DNA of 63,112 bases, the filler included, from Octopus bimaculoides (taxonomy: Eukaryota), in NCBI RefSeq assembly GCF_001194135.2. It is 4 parts of 4 records of this genome, joined end to end, with 100 filler letters (N's around TTAATTAATTAA, not from the genome) between each part and the next. Parts side by side here need not be neighbours in the genome. Positions count along the whole stretch, not along the records: positions 1 to 31,273 come from NC_069000.1; positions 31,374 to 57,947 come from NC_068991.1; 2 more parts are not named here. One strand, 5' to 3'. Position numbers and translations under genes: made by a program. Below are positions 25,830 through 38,617 of this stretch, in pieces. The number at the start of each line of letters is the position of its first letter. The stretch's first letter is position 1. The notes under the pieces were generated by a model, which did no database searches, was not told the origin of the DNA, and worked only from the letters and a program-made list of their open reading frames with translations.

Positions 25830-26940
25830 TCATCATCAATAACAATTGCTTTGGTGCTCTCTGGATAGTATTCCGTCGTTAATTTCACTGTTATTACTGA
25901 TTTCATTTTTGTGATTTTCTTCTCTATCTATACTTTTCGCATATGTTACCATATGCCGTTTCTGTTTGGCTTCTTTTTTATTTGTTTGTTTCTGTAGTCC
26001 CACTTGTTTTTCCGTGTTGGCTTCCTTTGATGTTGTTGGTATCTCTTGTTGTGCTTCTTGTTTACTTTCCTTTCTTTTCTTTAGTGGACTCTTTGGCAGC
26101 GAGTCCACGTCTTCTTCCTATTCACCACCGTATACTCCTCCTCCACCTTCTCTGGACACTTCTCACATACTGGGTTTGTTGCTTTGGCATTTTCCTCCTG
26201 CTTGTCACCCTGCTGCTGCTGTTCCTTTTCACCTTTATCTTCGTTCTGAGGACACCTTGCTCTGTGTCCCCTTATGCTACAATGGTAACTGGTTGGAGGT
26301 CTTCCCTCCACCACTACTCTCAATTTCTCATCCTCTGGTAGTATTACCTCCTCCGCTATATTATGCAAGTCTTGTAAGTTGACTTGGATGGCAACTTTGA
26401 GGCCAGAGCCCCACCAGTTTACCTTTTTCATCCTCGTCACTTTCAACACCTTCACATCCTCCTCCATATTATACAGGATGGCTGCCACCAGCCATGCCTC
26501 CTCAATCTCCAGGGGTACTCTGCCAATCCTTACCCTGGCCACTCGTTTGCCACAGTAAGTCGGCAGAAGTACCCATTCTGGTGTCCTTAGAGCCACAGTG
26601 GAGTGGTTTATCACTTCTTGTTCACTAGCAAACCTTACCTCCACAGTGCCGTATTTCCTCCCTCTTGTGTAAAATGTTGTGAGGCTTTTTACCTCCTTTA
26701 AGCATTCCTCTATAGCCTCTACTGTGGCTATTTCTATTTTTTCGATGTCGTGGATAGCGTTCTATACACCACTGTTCACTTCATCATGCTTGCTGTTAAA
26801 TTTTCTGGCGGTGTCAACTTCAAACTGGTTCCATCTTTATCTCTCGTACCTGCAACACATCAACTGTCAAACTTCTTCCAGTGGCTGGAACTGGTTTGCA
26901 CTCCATCCTCTGCTTCTTGTCTACTTCACCCATGAATGGG
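25830..26940 (-). mobile_element. L1/Tx1-like ORF1 (gag-like, zinc knuckle) relic
   Basis: ORF 26081-26644 has RVVVEGRPPT(S)YHC..RGH.ARCP (decayed CCHC) and a basic/low-complexity tail. Confidence 0.65.
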
Positions 26941-27469
26941 GAAGAAAACAATTGTAATTTCACAGACAAAAGCAGCAACAACAATTCAACAGTTTAACAA
27001 TGATATTCAACAAGTAGGTTCACCATTACGGGAGACCTTCAACAAGTATATAACAATTTAACTCACAGGGATCAAAAATGATTACAAAAAAAAACAATAA
27101 AAATTCCTCGTGGACTGACACTGCTTGCTGTGTCTGTCCACTATTTATCAGTAGTGGAACAGCCCACTTCTCACTTGGGGGTGTGTGCCACAACACCTCC
27201 CCCATTTTGAGATTTTTTTCTTTGACACAACATTATTATTGTTTTCTTCAGAATGCCGCAAGTAGCACCAGCCTACATTGTTTACTGGTAGCGCTACTAA
27301 CACATAACAACCTGACTTAAATCCTCCACATGGACTTATGATTTTTTCTTCTATACAGAATTATTTTTCTTTTCAGAATGCTGCCAGGTAGTACCAGTCT
27401 ACACTGTTTACTGGTAGTGCTACTAACACATAGCAGCCTGACTAAAATCTTACAAACAGATTTATAGTA

Positions 27470-28852
27470 TTAGGTTGTCAAGAAAGTTTTTGAGGAATTT
27501 TAAATTTTTGTTTTAAATGGTGTACTTTCAAATTAATTTTCATTAAATTACTTTGACTTTATATATCATTTTAAAGCCTGTTTTTCGCTCTATGTAATCA
27601 TGTTATTCTTTTTCTTTTTGAATAATTAGGCCAATTTTATCGGAACGTTGAATACAACATGGACAAAAAGCAAATTTGCACAATTTTCTTATTCCAATTC
27701 AAGCTAGGCCGAAAAGCTGCTGAAACAACTCATGATATCAATGATGCATTTGGCCCAGGAACCACTAATGAACGTACAGCACAATGGTGGTTCAAGAAAT
27801 TTTGTAGCGGTGACGAGAGTCTAGAAGATGATAAGCGTAGTGGTCGGCCATCGGATGTTGACAACGATCAACTAAGAGCCTTAGTCAAAGCCAATCCACA
27901 CACAACTGTTTGAGAGCTTGCTTCTGAATTAGACGTAACATATATGACAATTTCCAACCACTTGAAAGAGATTGGAAAAACAAAAATACTTGAGAAATGG
28001 GTGCCGCATGAATTGAACAACAACCAAAAAAAAAACCGCTGTTTTGAAGTGTCATCTTCCCTTCTTTTATGCAACANNNNNNNNNNNNNNNNNNNNNNNN
28101 NNNNNNNNNNNNNNNNNNNNNNNNNNNNNNNNNNNNNNNNNNNNNNNNNNNNNNNNNNNNNNNNNNNNNNNNNNNNNNNNNNNNNNNNNNNNNNNNNNNN
28201 NNNNNNNNNNNNNNNNNNNNNNNNNNNNNNNNNNNNNNNNNNNNNNNNNNNNNNNNNNNNNNNNNNNNNNNNNNNNNNNNNNNNNNNNNNNNNNNNNNNN
28301 NNNNNNNNNNNNNNNNNNNNNNNNNNNNNNNNNNNNNNNNNNNNNNNNNNNNNNNNNNNNNNNNNNNNNNNNNNNNNNNNNNNNNNNNNNNNNNNNNNNN
28401 NNNNNNNNNNNNNNNNNNNNNNNNNNNNNNNNNNNNNNNNNNNNNNNNNNNNNNNNNNNNNNNNNNNNNNNNNNNNNNNNNNNNNNNNNNNNNNNNGCTT
28501 GGTCGCACGTCACACAACTGACCCTGCAGAAGTTGAATGAATTGGGCCATGAAACTCTGCCTCATCCACCATACTCACCAGACATCTTGCCTACCAACTA
28601 CCACTTTTTCAAGTGTCTCAACAACTTCCTGCGTGAGAAATGCTTCAAAAACCAAGACGATGCCAAACACGCCTTCAATGCCACCAGAACGCAGGATTTT
28701 TATGCTACTGGCATAAATAAACTTGTTTCGTGTTGGCAAAAGTGTGTTGATTTTGATGGTATTTATTTCAATTAATAAAGTTTTGTTTGAGCCGAGATAT
28801 GTACATCTGAATTTAAAGGTTAAAAACTGCAAGAACTTTCTCGACAACTTGA
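27470..28852 (+). mobile_element. mariner transposon (DD34D type), full length with internal N gap
   Basis: TA-flanked TIRs TTAGGTTGTCAAGAAAG / CTTTCTCGACAACTTGA; MDKKQI..FKLGRKAAET, WVPHEL, HPPYSPDI. Confidence 0.9.
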
Positions 28853-29498
28853 TATTTTTCACTGTGTATAATTCACTTCTGTGTTAGAGTTCCAGTTTTA
28901 TCAGACATTTTTTTTCTTCAGAATCTTTTTCCAATAGAATTTATATACTTTTCACTGTGTGTAGGTCAAATCCTTCTTCAAATTTTTCACTGTGTGTAGT
29001 TCTTCCATTTTGACACTCCTATGAGCATTCATAAACTCATTACCACTGTTATAAAAAGAACGTAATACAGTGAGAGGTATCCTCATCGCCACTGATACAT
29101 CCCACATTATGATGACATATTTTGTCATCTGTGTGACTGGCCTGTACGGCATACCTCACCGACTGACACTGCTGGCTGTGTCTGTCTACTATTTATCAGT
29201 AGTAGAACAGCCCACTTCTCACTTGGGGGTGTTTGCCACAACATAATAAAATATTGGAAAGGATTCATTTTAAATTCCCATTGTAAACATGTTTTCATAA
29301 TGCATAATAAGTTCATACAATAAGTAACCATCACTTCTTCAGCAACTGTAATTTTAAAAAAAATGAAGAAAAACATAGTGTGGCTGAGGGAGGGAGAGAG
29401 GTAGATAAGTAGATAGGGTAGACTGACAAATATCTACACACACACATTTATATATTTAAGTGCATAAGTTTTCCTTTGTTTATTTATTTATTTACTTA

Positions 29499-30020
29499 CT
29501 AGTAGTATAATCCGACCTTGTCCGGGTGTGACTTATCATGCCATCTACGATAAGTCTTGCTAGGTGAAAATCAACTAAAAAAGAAAGCCTTACAACGAAA
29601 AAACCCTTATGATGTAAATATGTTCATAATTTAAAAGCCAATGAAATTAATAGGGAAAGTCTGAAGGCTGTTAAGCGTACGTAAATTTCATCCGTCTAAT
29701 TGGCTATAGAAATGCTTGTGCAAAACAACTTTTTGCGCTGCCCTGATTATACATAGCAGGGTAATCCCTTTTCACAGGAGCTAGGATGGCAATTTCTGAT
29801 GAAGCAATTGCTGGCGATCTGTTGCTACACAGTTTTGCCAGAATTCTATTAGATTGGGCAGAAGATGTTGATGCACCATTTTGCATTATGTTTAAAGTAG
29901 CTTCTGGAATGTGGTAAATTGCTGCAGTCTGTTGCTGTCATTTTAAACCAGTTGCTGTCTTTCCCCAGCAAACTCTCTTCTTTGGAGGCATAATCTATGT
30001 ATATATTAAACAGAACAACA
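29499..30020 (-). mobile_element. non-autonomous Helitron 3' portion
   Basis: Minus strand ends CCCGGAC-AAG-GTCGGA hairpin then CTAG|T; decayed MPPKKR-starting ORF upstream. Confidence 0.6.
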
Positions 30021-31373
30021 AANNNNNNNNNNNNNNNNNNNNNNNNNNNNNNNNNNNNNNNNNNNNNNNNNNNNNNNNNNNNNNNNNNNNNNNNNNNNNN
30101 NNNNNNNNNNNNNNNNNNNNNNNNNNNNNNNNNNNNNNNNNNNNNNNNNNNNNNNNNNNNNNNNNNNNNNNNNNNNNNNNNNNNNNNNNNNNNNNNNNNN
30201 NNNNNNNNNNNNNNNNNNNNNNNNNNNNNNNNNNNNNNNNNNNNNNNNNNNNNNNNNNNNNNNNNNNNNNNNNNNNNNNNNNNNNNNNNNNNNNNNNNNN
30301 NNNNNNNNNNNNNNNNNNNNNNNNNNNNNNNNNNNNNNNNNNNNNNNNNNNNNNNNNNNNNNNNNNNNNNNNNNNNNNNNNNNNNNNNNNNNNNNNNNNN
30401 NNNNNNNNNNNNNNNNNNNNNNNNNNNNNNNNNNNNNNNNNNNNNNNNNNNNNNNNNNNNNNNNNNNNNNNNNNNNNNNNNNNNNNNNNNNNNNNNNNNN
30501 NNNNNNNNNNNNNNNNNNNNNNNNNNNNNNNNNNNNNNNNNNNNNNNNNNNNNNNNNNNNNNNNNNNNNNNNNNNNNNNNNNNNNNNNNNNNNNNNNNNN
30601 NNNNNNNNNNNNNNNNNNNNNNNNNNNNNNNNNNNNNNNNNNNNNNNNNNNNNNNNNNNNNNNNNNNNNNNNNNNNNNNNNNNNNNNNNNNNNNNNNNNN
30701 NNNNNNNNNNNNNNNNNNNNNNNNNNNNNNNNNNNNNNNNNNNNNNNNNNNNNNNNNNNNNNNNNNNNNNNNNNNNNNNNNNNNNNNNNNNNNNNNNNNN
30801 NNNNNNNNNNNNNNNNNNNNNNNNNNNNNNNNNNNNNNNNNNNNNNNNNNNNNNNNNNNNNNNNNAAATTTCATTAAAAAATATTCATTTTTCTGAAAGT
30901 TATGACCTTCCAAAGTCGGGGGGTACAACTCTGTAGTTATGCCACATTGACGAACAAGAGTTATATTTTTGTGAATGATTGTGTTTACTTGCACGTGTAT
31001 GCGTTTGAGAGAGCGAGAGAGGAAGAGGGGGAGAATGGGAGCAATGTGTATGTTGTTGTCACAGATCACGCATGTGTGGTTGTGTGTGTTTTTATGTATC
31101 AATGTTATGAAAAATAGGTAAAAATACTGAGAGGAAAGTTTAATCTATGACTTTGTATGTATCACTTTCTCTCTCTCCCTCTCCCTCTTTTACTCTTACA
31201 CTCTATATTTTTATGTTGAGCGCGTGTTTAAGAATGGCGTTCCAGGTAGAAGGGATGAAATATAAAAGTTGCTNNNNNNNNNNNNNNNNNNNNNNNNNNN
31301 NNNNNNNNNNNNNNNNNTTAATTAATTAANNNNNNNNNNNNNNNNNNNNNNNNNNNNNNNNNNNNNNNNNNNN

Positions 31374-31660
31374 AGTGGATTTGGTGGACGGAAACTGAAA
31401 GAAGCTCGTCATATATATGTATATATATATGTATGTGTGTATATGTTGTGTATCTGTGTTTGTACCCCCAACATCGCTTGACAACCGATGCTGGTGTGTT
31501 TAGGTCCCCGTAACTTAGCGGTTTGGCAAAAAGAGACCGATAAAATAAGTACTAGGCTTACAAAGAATAAATCCTGGGATCGATTTGCTCGACTATAAAA
31601 GCGATGCTCCAGCATGGCCACAGTCAAATGACTGAAACAAGTAAAAGAGAGTAAAAAGAG
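31374..31660 (+). mobile_element. SINE family C (tRNA-derived, octopus OR-like) with internal microsatellite
   Basis: GTGGATTTGGT.GACGGAAACTGAAAGAAG...CTCCAGCATGGCC.CAGTC.AATGACTGAAACAAGTAAAAGA tail. Confidence 0.75.
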
Positions 31661-32419
31661 TAATGTGGTCTCAGATTCCTTGTACCCAAGAGAAAATGTG
31701 ACGGTCCCAGCTGGAATTCCAGTGGTCATATGTTTGCTTGATCAGGACTGACCTATAATTAAATACCAGCAACAACAACAGACATCACCATCATCATTTC
31801 CATCATTCAACGAAAAAGCCCCTAACAAGACGAGATGGTCACAGCTGGAGTACTTCTGGAATACGTCTGCTTGATCACAACCCACTTAGGCGGTGACGAC
31901 CACACGAGCTATTATAAAAGCCTCTATGTGCTAATCCGACTTGTTATAAATATCACCCAGATGCCCTAAAATCACAAAGCCCTAAAATAACTCCTGAAAT
32001 AATATAGTCCTACAGAACCTTAAAATAAGTCGGAATAGTCATGTCTTGAAATATTTTGATTAAAAGTTTGCTGGGTTAGAATTGATCTGAGCTAAACAAC
32101 ACAACAACGAGAATATCCACCACAATCACTATTTTTTTTTTTTTTTTGTTCTATTCCATTCCTACTTTTTGATGCACCCAAAAGGTAACCAAGTATCAAA
32201 CTATAACATTTATTTCTTTATTTGCCACTTAAATCGAGGACGGTACAGAACGATACGGGGTTCCATAAAAGTGTGAAAATAATAAAAATTCGAGAAATCA
32301 CAGAACATTGGAAAAAAATATTTCCCCCAAACCGGGAAAGCTTCCGGAGGCTGCTCGAGGAAACGCCACAAAACCACGGTCAGCCTGACCACCAAAGCAA
32401 GTGTTCTCTCTCTCTTTCT

Positions 32420-32454
<35 letters not shown>

Positions 32455-33029
32455 NNNNNNNNNNNNNNNNNNNNNNNNNNNNNNNNNNNNNNNNNNNNNN
32501 NNNNNNNNNNNNNNNNNNNNNNNNNNNNNNNNNNNNNNNNNNNNNNNNNNNNNNNNNNNNNNNNNNNNNNNNNNNNNNNNNNNNNNNNNNNNNNNNNNNN
32601 NNNNNNNNNNNNNNNNNNNNNNNNNNNNNNNNNNNNNNNNNNNNNNNNNACACAATTCCACAGGCTAGCAATGCTCGGGCACTGGACGAGTGCATGCAGA
32701 ACAGTTTCGTTGCTCTGAGAACATCACGGCTAGACCCAGCAGACGGCATTTCCATGACTATAGAATTTATCCAGAACCGGCAATGTTTCCGGTAGTACTG
32801 CCAGACCAGAGGTTACTGGAAATTATTTATGGGCCCCAGACTGCAAGCGCTTTGTTACAGATTAGTAAGACGTTCGTCTACGCCTAGGGTCTTCCCTAAA
32901 AACATCTTCGCTCTTGTTCGCCACTAACACTGCAGAACTTCCACTGACCATATTGCTCACATACCCAAGGCGCAGAGAACTGCGCTTGGTAGTGCAGTGA
33001 AAGCACGTGATAAAAATAAGACTGCTGAG

Positions 33030-33043
33030 TAATAATAATAACG

Positions 33044-33099
<56 letters not shown>

Positions 33100-33149
33100 T
33101 TGAACTCAGAACGTAACAGCAGACGAAATACCGCTAAGCTCGCCGCCTC

Positions 33150-33199
<50 letters not shown>

Positions 33200-33210
33200 C
33201 AATAATAATA

Positions 33211-33253
<43 letters not shown>

Positions 33254-33305
33254 GGAGGAGGAGGAGGAGGAGGAGGAGGAGGATGATAGTGATGGTGATG
33301 ATGAT
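33030..33305. repeat. compound trinucleotide array (AAT)n-(GAT)n-(GAG)n with an embedded truncated SINE B
   Basis: Direct reading of the sequence. Confidence 0.9.
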
Positions 33306-33721
33306 TTGTAGTACCATAGAGACAAAGCTATAGATTTTGTTATAGAGGTCACAATTGATAAAATATCCACCTATGTAGGTGTTTGAAAAAAGCCAAACAA
33401 AGAAAAAAATATATATAATTTGAAAAAAACAGCATAAAGAAATTACTAGAAGTATCACAGAATTGAATCCAATGGCATAGTACTCGGTATTATGCCACTA
33501 CTTTCCTAATTGAGAAACAAAGTGGAAACGGAAAGCGGGAATTTCAAAGTGGTGGAACTAGTTTAATGCTTACTAAGAATTAAAAAAAAAGTAATTGAAA
33601 ATAAGAGTGAGAGAGAGAGGGGGAGAGATAAGGGGACAGAGAGGAAGAGAGATACAAAGAGAGAGAAATCACCTGATAACTAGCGTCTCTGTATTATTAC
33701 TGTATGCGAGCGAGCACATAG

Positions 33722-34030
33722 ATACACACATACATACCTGCATATATATACATACATACGTAAATACATACACACATACATACCTGCATATATACATACA
33801 TGCGTAAATACATACACACATACATACCTGCATATATACATACATAAGTAATACACACATACATATCTGCATATATACATACATGCGTAAATACATACAC
33901 ACATACATACCTGCATATATACATGCATAAGTAAATACATACACACATACATACCTGCATATATACATACATGCGTAAATACATACACACATACATACCT
34001 GCATATATACGTGCGTAAATACATACGTAC
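33722..34030. repeat. 44-bp minisatellite built from CA/TA/CATA units (~7 copies)
   Basis: TACCTGCATATATACATACATGCGTAAATACATACACACATACA; anchors at 33781 and 33825. Confidence 0.85.
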
Positions 34031-34145
34031 ACACACACACACACACACTGACGCGCGCGCGTATGTATGTATGTATGTGGGTGATGTGAGGAAAAAGAAA
34101 ATATCCTTGAAAAATATAAAGAATAAACGATTGAGAAATAGTGAC

Positions 34146-34176
<31 letters not shown>

Positions 34177-34462
34177 GAGACTGCATCTGATAGACTGATG
34201 GAGAAAGGGACAGTGAAAGAGTGTGAAGTAATACGGAATTGTAAATGAGGAAAGATAAGAAATAAAGCAGAGACAATAGGCACGGAGTGATGATATAGAA
34301 GAAAAGATGGTAACAGTAGGAGGAATAGCTAAACAGCCAAACTGCAGCTGCCAGGTTAAGAACGTATAAAGTCAACTTAAGTGTCGTCTGCTTGTTGATT
34401 CTGGTGGCGGCCATCTACAAATATGGCGAACATACTATTGTGTGCGTGTGTGTGTGTTGTAC

Positions 34463-34715
34463 TCATAACAATGTCTCCAGACAGTAGAGTGTAGTGACAA
34501 AGCTATGTATAAATAAGTGTTTCAAACTTTGGCACAAGGCCAGCAGTTTCGAGGAAGGGGTAAGTCGATTACATTGACTGGTACTTATTTTATCGACACC
34601 AAAAGGATGAAAGGCAAAGTCACCTTCGGAGGAATTTGAACCTGGAATGTAATGACGGATCAAATGCAGCTAAGCATTTCGCCCGGTGTGCTAACAACGA
34701 TTCTGCCAGCATACT
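34463..34715 (-). mobile_element. SINE family B copy
   Basis: Reverse complement of the family B head and core. Confidence 0.7.
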
Positions 34716-35107
34716 GACAACTTTAAATTGTTTTTGCGTGTAAGTGGAACGTCACTGACAAATGTGGAGAAGTTTAAGTATCTCGAAACCGCATTCATGT
34801 GTAATGGAAGGCGGGAGGCTTGACTGAGTGCTAAAATTGCAGGTTCTGATGAAGTAAATATTCCAGCTCCAGCATTGGATCCTCAAAAGGCGAAGAAGTC
34901 TTCGTACTTATTCTCACCTATGGTCAATGAATATCGAGTAGCTGAATAGCTCGCTGGCTGGCTTGCCGTTTTGCTGGATGGATGGCTTGATGACTGCATG
35001 GATGGATGGATGGATGGATGGATGGATGGATGGATGGATGGATGGATGGATGGATGGATGGATGGAACTTTAAAGATAACAGGTTATTATTTGGATATCA
35101 TGTATAA

Positions 35108-35520
35108 AGGTGGCGAGCTGGCAGAATCGTTAGCACGCCGGGCAAAATGCTGAGCGGTATTTAGCCTGTCGCTACATTCTGAGTTGAGATTCCGCCGAGA
35201 TCGACTTTGCCTTTCATCCTTTCTGGATCGATTAAATAAGTACCAGTTACGCACTGGGGTCGATATAATCGACTTAATCCGTTTGTCTGTCCTTGTTTGT
35301 ACCCTGTATGTTTAGCCCCTTGTGGGCAATGATGAAATAAGAAACGTTAGCACACCGAGCAAACTCCTTGTCGGTATTTTGTCCGTCTTCGCGATCTGAG
35401 TTCAATTTCTGCCGAGGTCGACTTTGCCTTTTATCTTTTCGGGGTCGATAAAATAAAGTACCAGCTGATCACTGAGATCGATGTAATCGATTTACTTCTC
35501 ACCCGAAACAGCTGTGCCAA
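35108..35520 (+). mobile_element. two tandem SINE family B copies
   Basis: GGCGAGCTGGCAGAATCGTTAGCACGCCGGGC head; GTCGACTTTGCCTTTCATCC core; second copy starts ~35345. Confidence 0.8.
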
Positions 35521-35831
35521 CGTTTAAAACCATTATGTAGATGTAATAATGTTAAGTTCCATAAAACATTTTGTTGTAAGGACACAGAAACTACAGAGAA
35601 ACTACTGCCGGTCCTTAAAGCAGTGAATTAGTCTAAAAACCTTCGTCTGTATTTACAGTCTATGTGGATATGGCGTTTTGAGGGGTTGATATTTTGGGCC
35701 CCCGACACAGCGGAGTGAAGAGTGAAAGGATTCTAAACAGCGATTACGCATTATATGTCCTATACTTTAATCAACATGGTGGGCATTAACAATGCAGTTT
35801 ATATAAAGCAATACTGATTTTATCTTACACT

Positions 35832-35874
<43 letters not shown>

Positions 35875-35979
35875 NNNNNNNNNNTCAAGGGAGCCACGAA
35901 TGAAACTGAACCCAGAACCATGTGGCTGAACAAATCAATATGATAACGATGTATACTAACATTATTGTATGCAAGATAA

Positions 35980-36195
35980 AGGCGGCGAGCTGGCAGAATT
36001 GTTAGCACGCCGGGCAAAATGCTTAGCAGTATTTCGTCTGTCTTCACGTTCTGAGTTCAAATTCCGTTGAGGTCGACTTTGCCTTTCGCCTTTTTGAGGT
36101 CGATAAATTAAGTACCAGTTGCGTACTGGGATTCATCTAATCGATTGGCCCCCTCCCACCAAATTGCAGGCCTTGTGTCTATAGTAGAAAGGATT
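35980..36195 (+). mobile_element. SINE family B copy
   Basis: Full head, core and tail. Confidence 0.8.
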
Positions 36196-38228
36196 GTTGT
36201 ATGCAAGGTAACTTCTCACAAGCAATATACGTGCCCAAAGTAAATATTGTATTGAGCATACATTCATTCAAACATGCACATACACATTGCTTGGGAATAC
36301 ACGGCATATTATACAAGATTGTCTGACTGTTGTATTTTCAGAGTCATGAAACTAATAGTAGCTTGAATTTAAATCCTGTGTGTATTAAGCGATAAGTGTT
36401 TGTGCCTGCACACATGTGTATTCATACAGTCAAACATTTGAATTTAATTCACTTTGAATCGCTTTGAAAATGTTGTGTTAACGTATTTTTGGAAATATTA
36501 ATTTCAATGATGTCTTCTTTATCTAAATACGTTAATACAATAGAAACAACTGTTGGCTTTGTATGTTGAACTCTGCAATTGAAGATGTGATTTTCTCTAT
36601 CAGTATTTTCATTGACTAATACTCTGTAGTTCCTCATGTATGACAAAGAGATCCAAATATCATTTAGAAAAATTTCGAGAAATTCAGAGTTTTAGACAAC
36701 AAAAATACGGGTAGAGGAAAACAAATCTTTAACTGTAGAATTCACCATATAAAGCCTACATGCATATATATATANNNNNNNNNNNNNNNNNNNNNNNNNN
36801 NNNNNNNNNNNNNNNNNNNNNNNNNNNNNNNNNNNNNNNNNNNNNNNNNNNNNNNNNNNNNNNNNNNNNNNNNNNNNNNNNNNNNNNNNNNNNNNNNNNN
36901 NNNNNNNNNNNNNNNNNNNNNNNNNNNNNNNNNNNNNNNNNNNNNNNNNNNNNNNNNNNNNNNNNNNNNNNNNNNNNNNNNNNNNNNNNNNNNNNNNNNN
37001 NNNNNNNNNNNNNNNNNNNNNNNNNNNNNNNNNNNNNNNNNNNNNNNNNNNNNNNNNNNNNNNNNNNNNNNNNNNNNNNNNNNNNNNNNNNNNNNNNNNN
37101 NNNNNNNNNNNNNNNNNNNNNNNNNNNNNNNNNNNNNNNNNNNNNNNNNNNNNNNNNNNNNNNNNNNNNNNNNNNNNNNNNNNNNNNNNNNNNNNNNNNN
37201 NNNNNNNNNNNNNNNNNNNNNNNNNNNNNNNNNNNNNNNNNNNNNNNNNNNNNNNNNNNNNNNNNNNNNNNNNNNNNNNNNNNNNNNNNNNNNNNNNNNN
37301 NNNNNNNNNNNNNNNNNNNNNNNNNNNNNNNNNNNNNNNNNNNNNNNNNNNNNNNNNNNNNNNNNNNNNNNNNNNNNNNNNNNNNNNNNNNNNNNNNNNN
37401 NNNNNNNNNNNNNNNNNNNNNNNNNNNNNNNNNNNNNNNNNNNNNNNNNNNNNNNNNNNNNNNNNNNNNNNNNNNNNNNNNNNNNNNNNNNNNNNNNNNN
37501 NNNNNNNNNNNNNNNNNNNNNNNNNNNNNNNNNNNNNNNNNNNNNNNNNNNNNNNNNNNNNNNNNNNNNNNNNNNNNNNNNNNNNNNNNNNNNNNNNNNN
37601 NNNTGTGTGTGTGTGTGTGTATTATTTATTATATTATATTGTATGAGAATGGTTTGGATGGTTATATTAATTCATGTCTCGAGGCGTTCTGTAGAGGATA
37701 GTGTGTTGTTGATTAATAGTTTTTTTTGTTTCATTCGCTTTTTTTTTTTGCCAAATGTATTCTATTTATGTTGTGATATGATATGTTGCATACTGTGACT
37801 TGTTGCGGCGGTTGTTTAGTCTTGTATTGAACCCTTGCATTGCATAGGGTGCCGTGTCCAGCCGTAAGGTATTGTAATATGACCTGTTGCTTTTGTGTAG
37901 TTCGTGTTCTATTACATAGTGTGACGTAGATCGCTTTAGTTTAGTTTCTATTGTGTTGCATACTGTAACAATGTTGAGTTGTGTATAGCATGTTGTTTTA
38001 TTTCATTTTTCTTGTCAGGTATGTTGAGACACATAGTTTAACAACTTTATACACAAAGCACAACAAGAATCAATGGACGTACTTCCTCGCATAAAAAGGG
38101 TCGATATATAAAAAAAAAATTAAGTATGAGAGCACATTTTATAACAACCGAAACGGTTTTTTAATCGTTTTGCGAACAATAATTTGGTGAAGTTTCAAAA
38201 ATATTTTAAATGACACATCACATCTGCG

Positions 38229-38617
38229 TGTGTACATACATACATACATACATACATACATACATACATACATACATACATGCATACATACACATACAAA
38301 CACATGCATGCATACATACATACATACATACATACATACACATGCATGCATGCATACATACATACATACATACATACATACACACACACATACATACATA
38401 CATACATACACATACAAACACATGCATGCATACATACATACATACATACACACAACATACACATGCATACATACATACACACACACACATACATACATAC
38501 ATACATACACATACAAACACATGCATGCATGCATACATACATACATACATACATTAATACATACATACATACATACATACATACATACATACATACATAC
38601 ATACATACATACATACG
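38229..38617. repeat. (CATA)n array with a recurring higher-order variant
   Basis: CATACAAACACATGCATGCA recurs three times within the array. Confidence 0.85.

Noticed and set aside
28940-29150. CACTGTGTGTA repeats resembling C2H2 zinc-finger linkers
   Set aside because: No C-x2-C...H-x3-H pattern recoverable in any frame.
31318-31329. TTAATTAATTAA palindrome (also 57992-58003 and 61093-61104)
   Set aside because: Always embedded between N runs and has stops in all six frames; an artificial scaffolding linker, not a biological motif.
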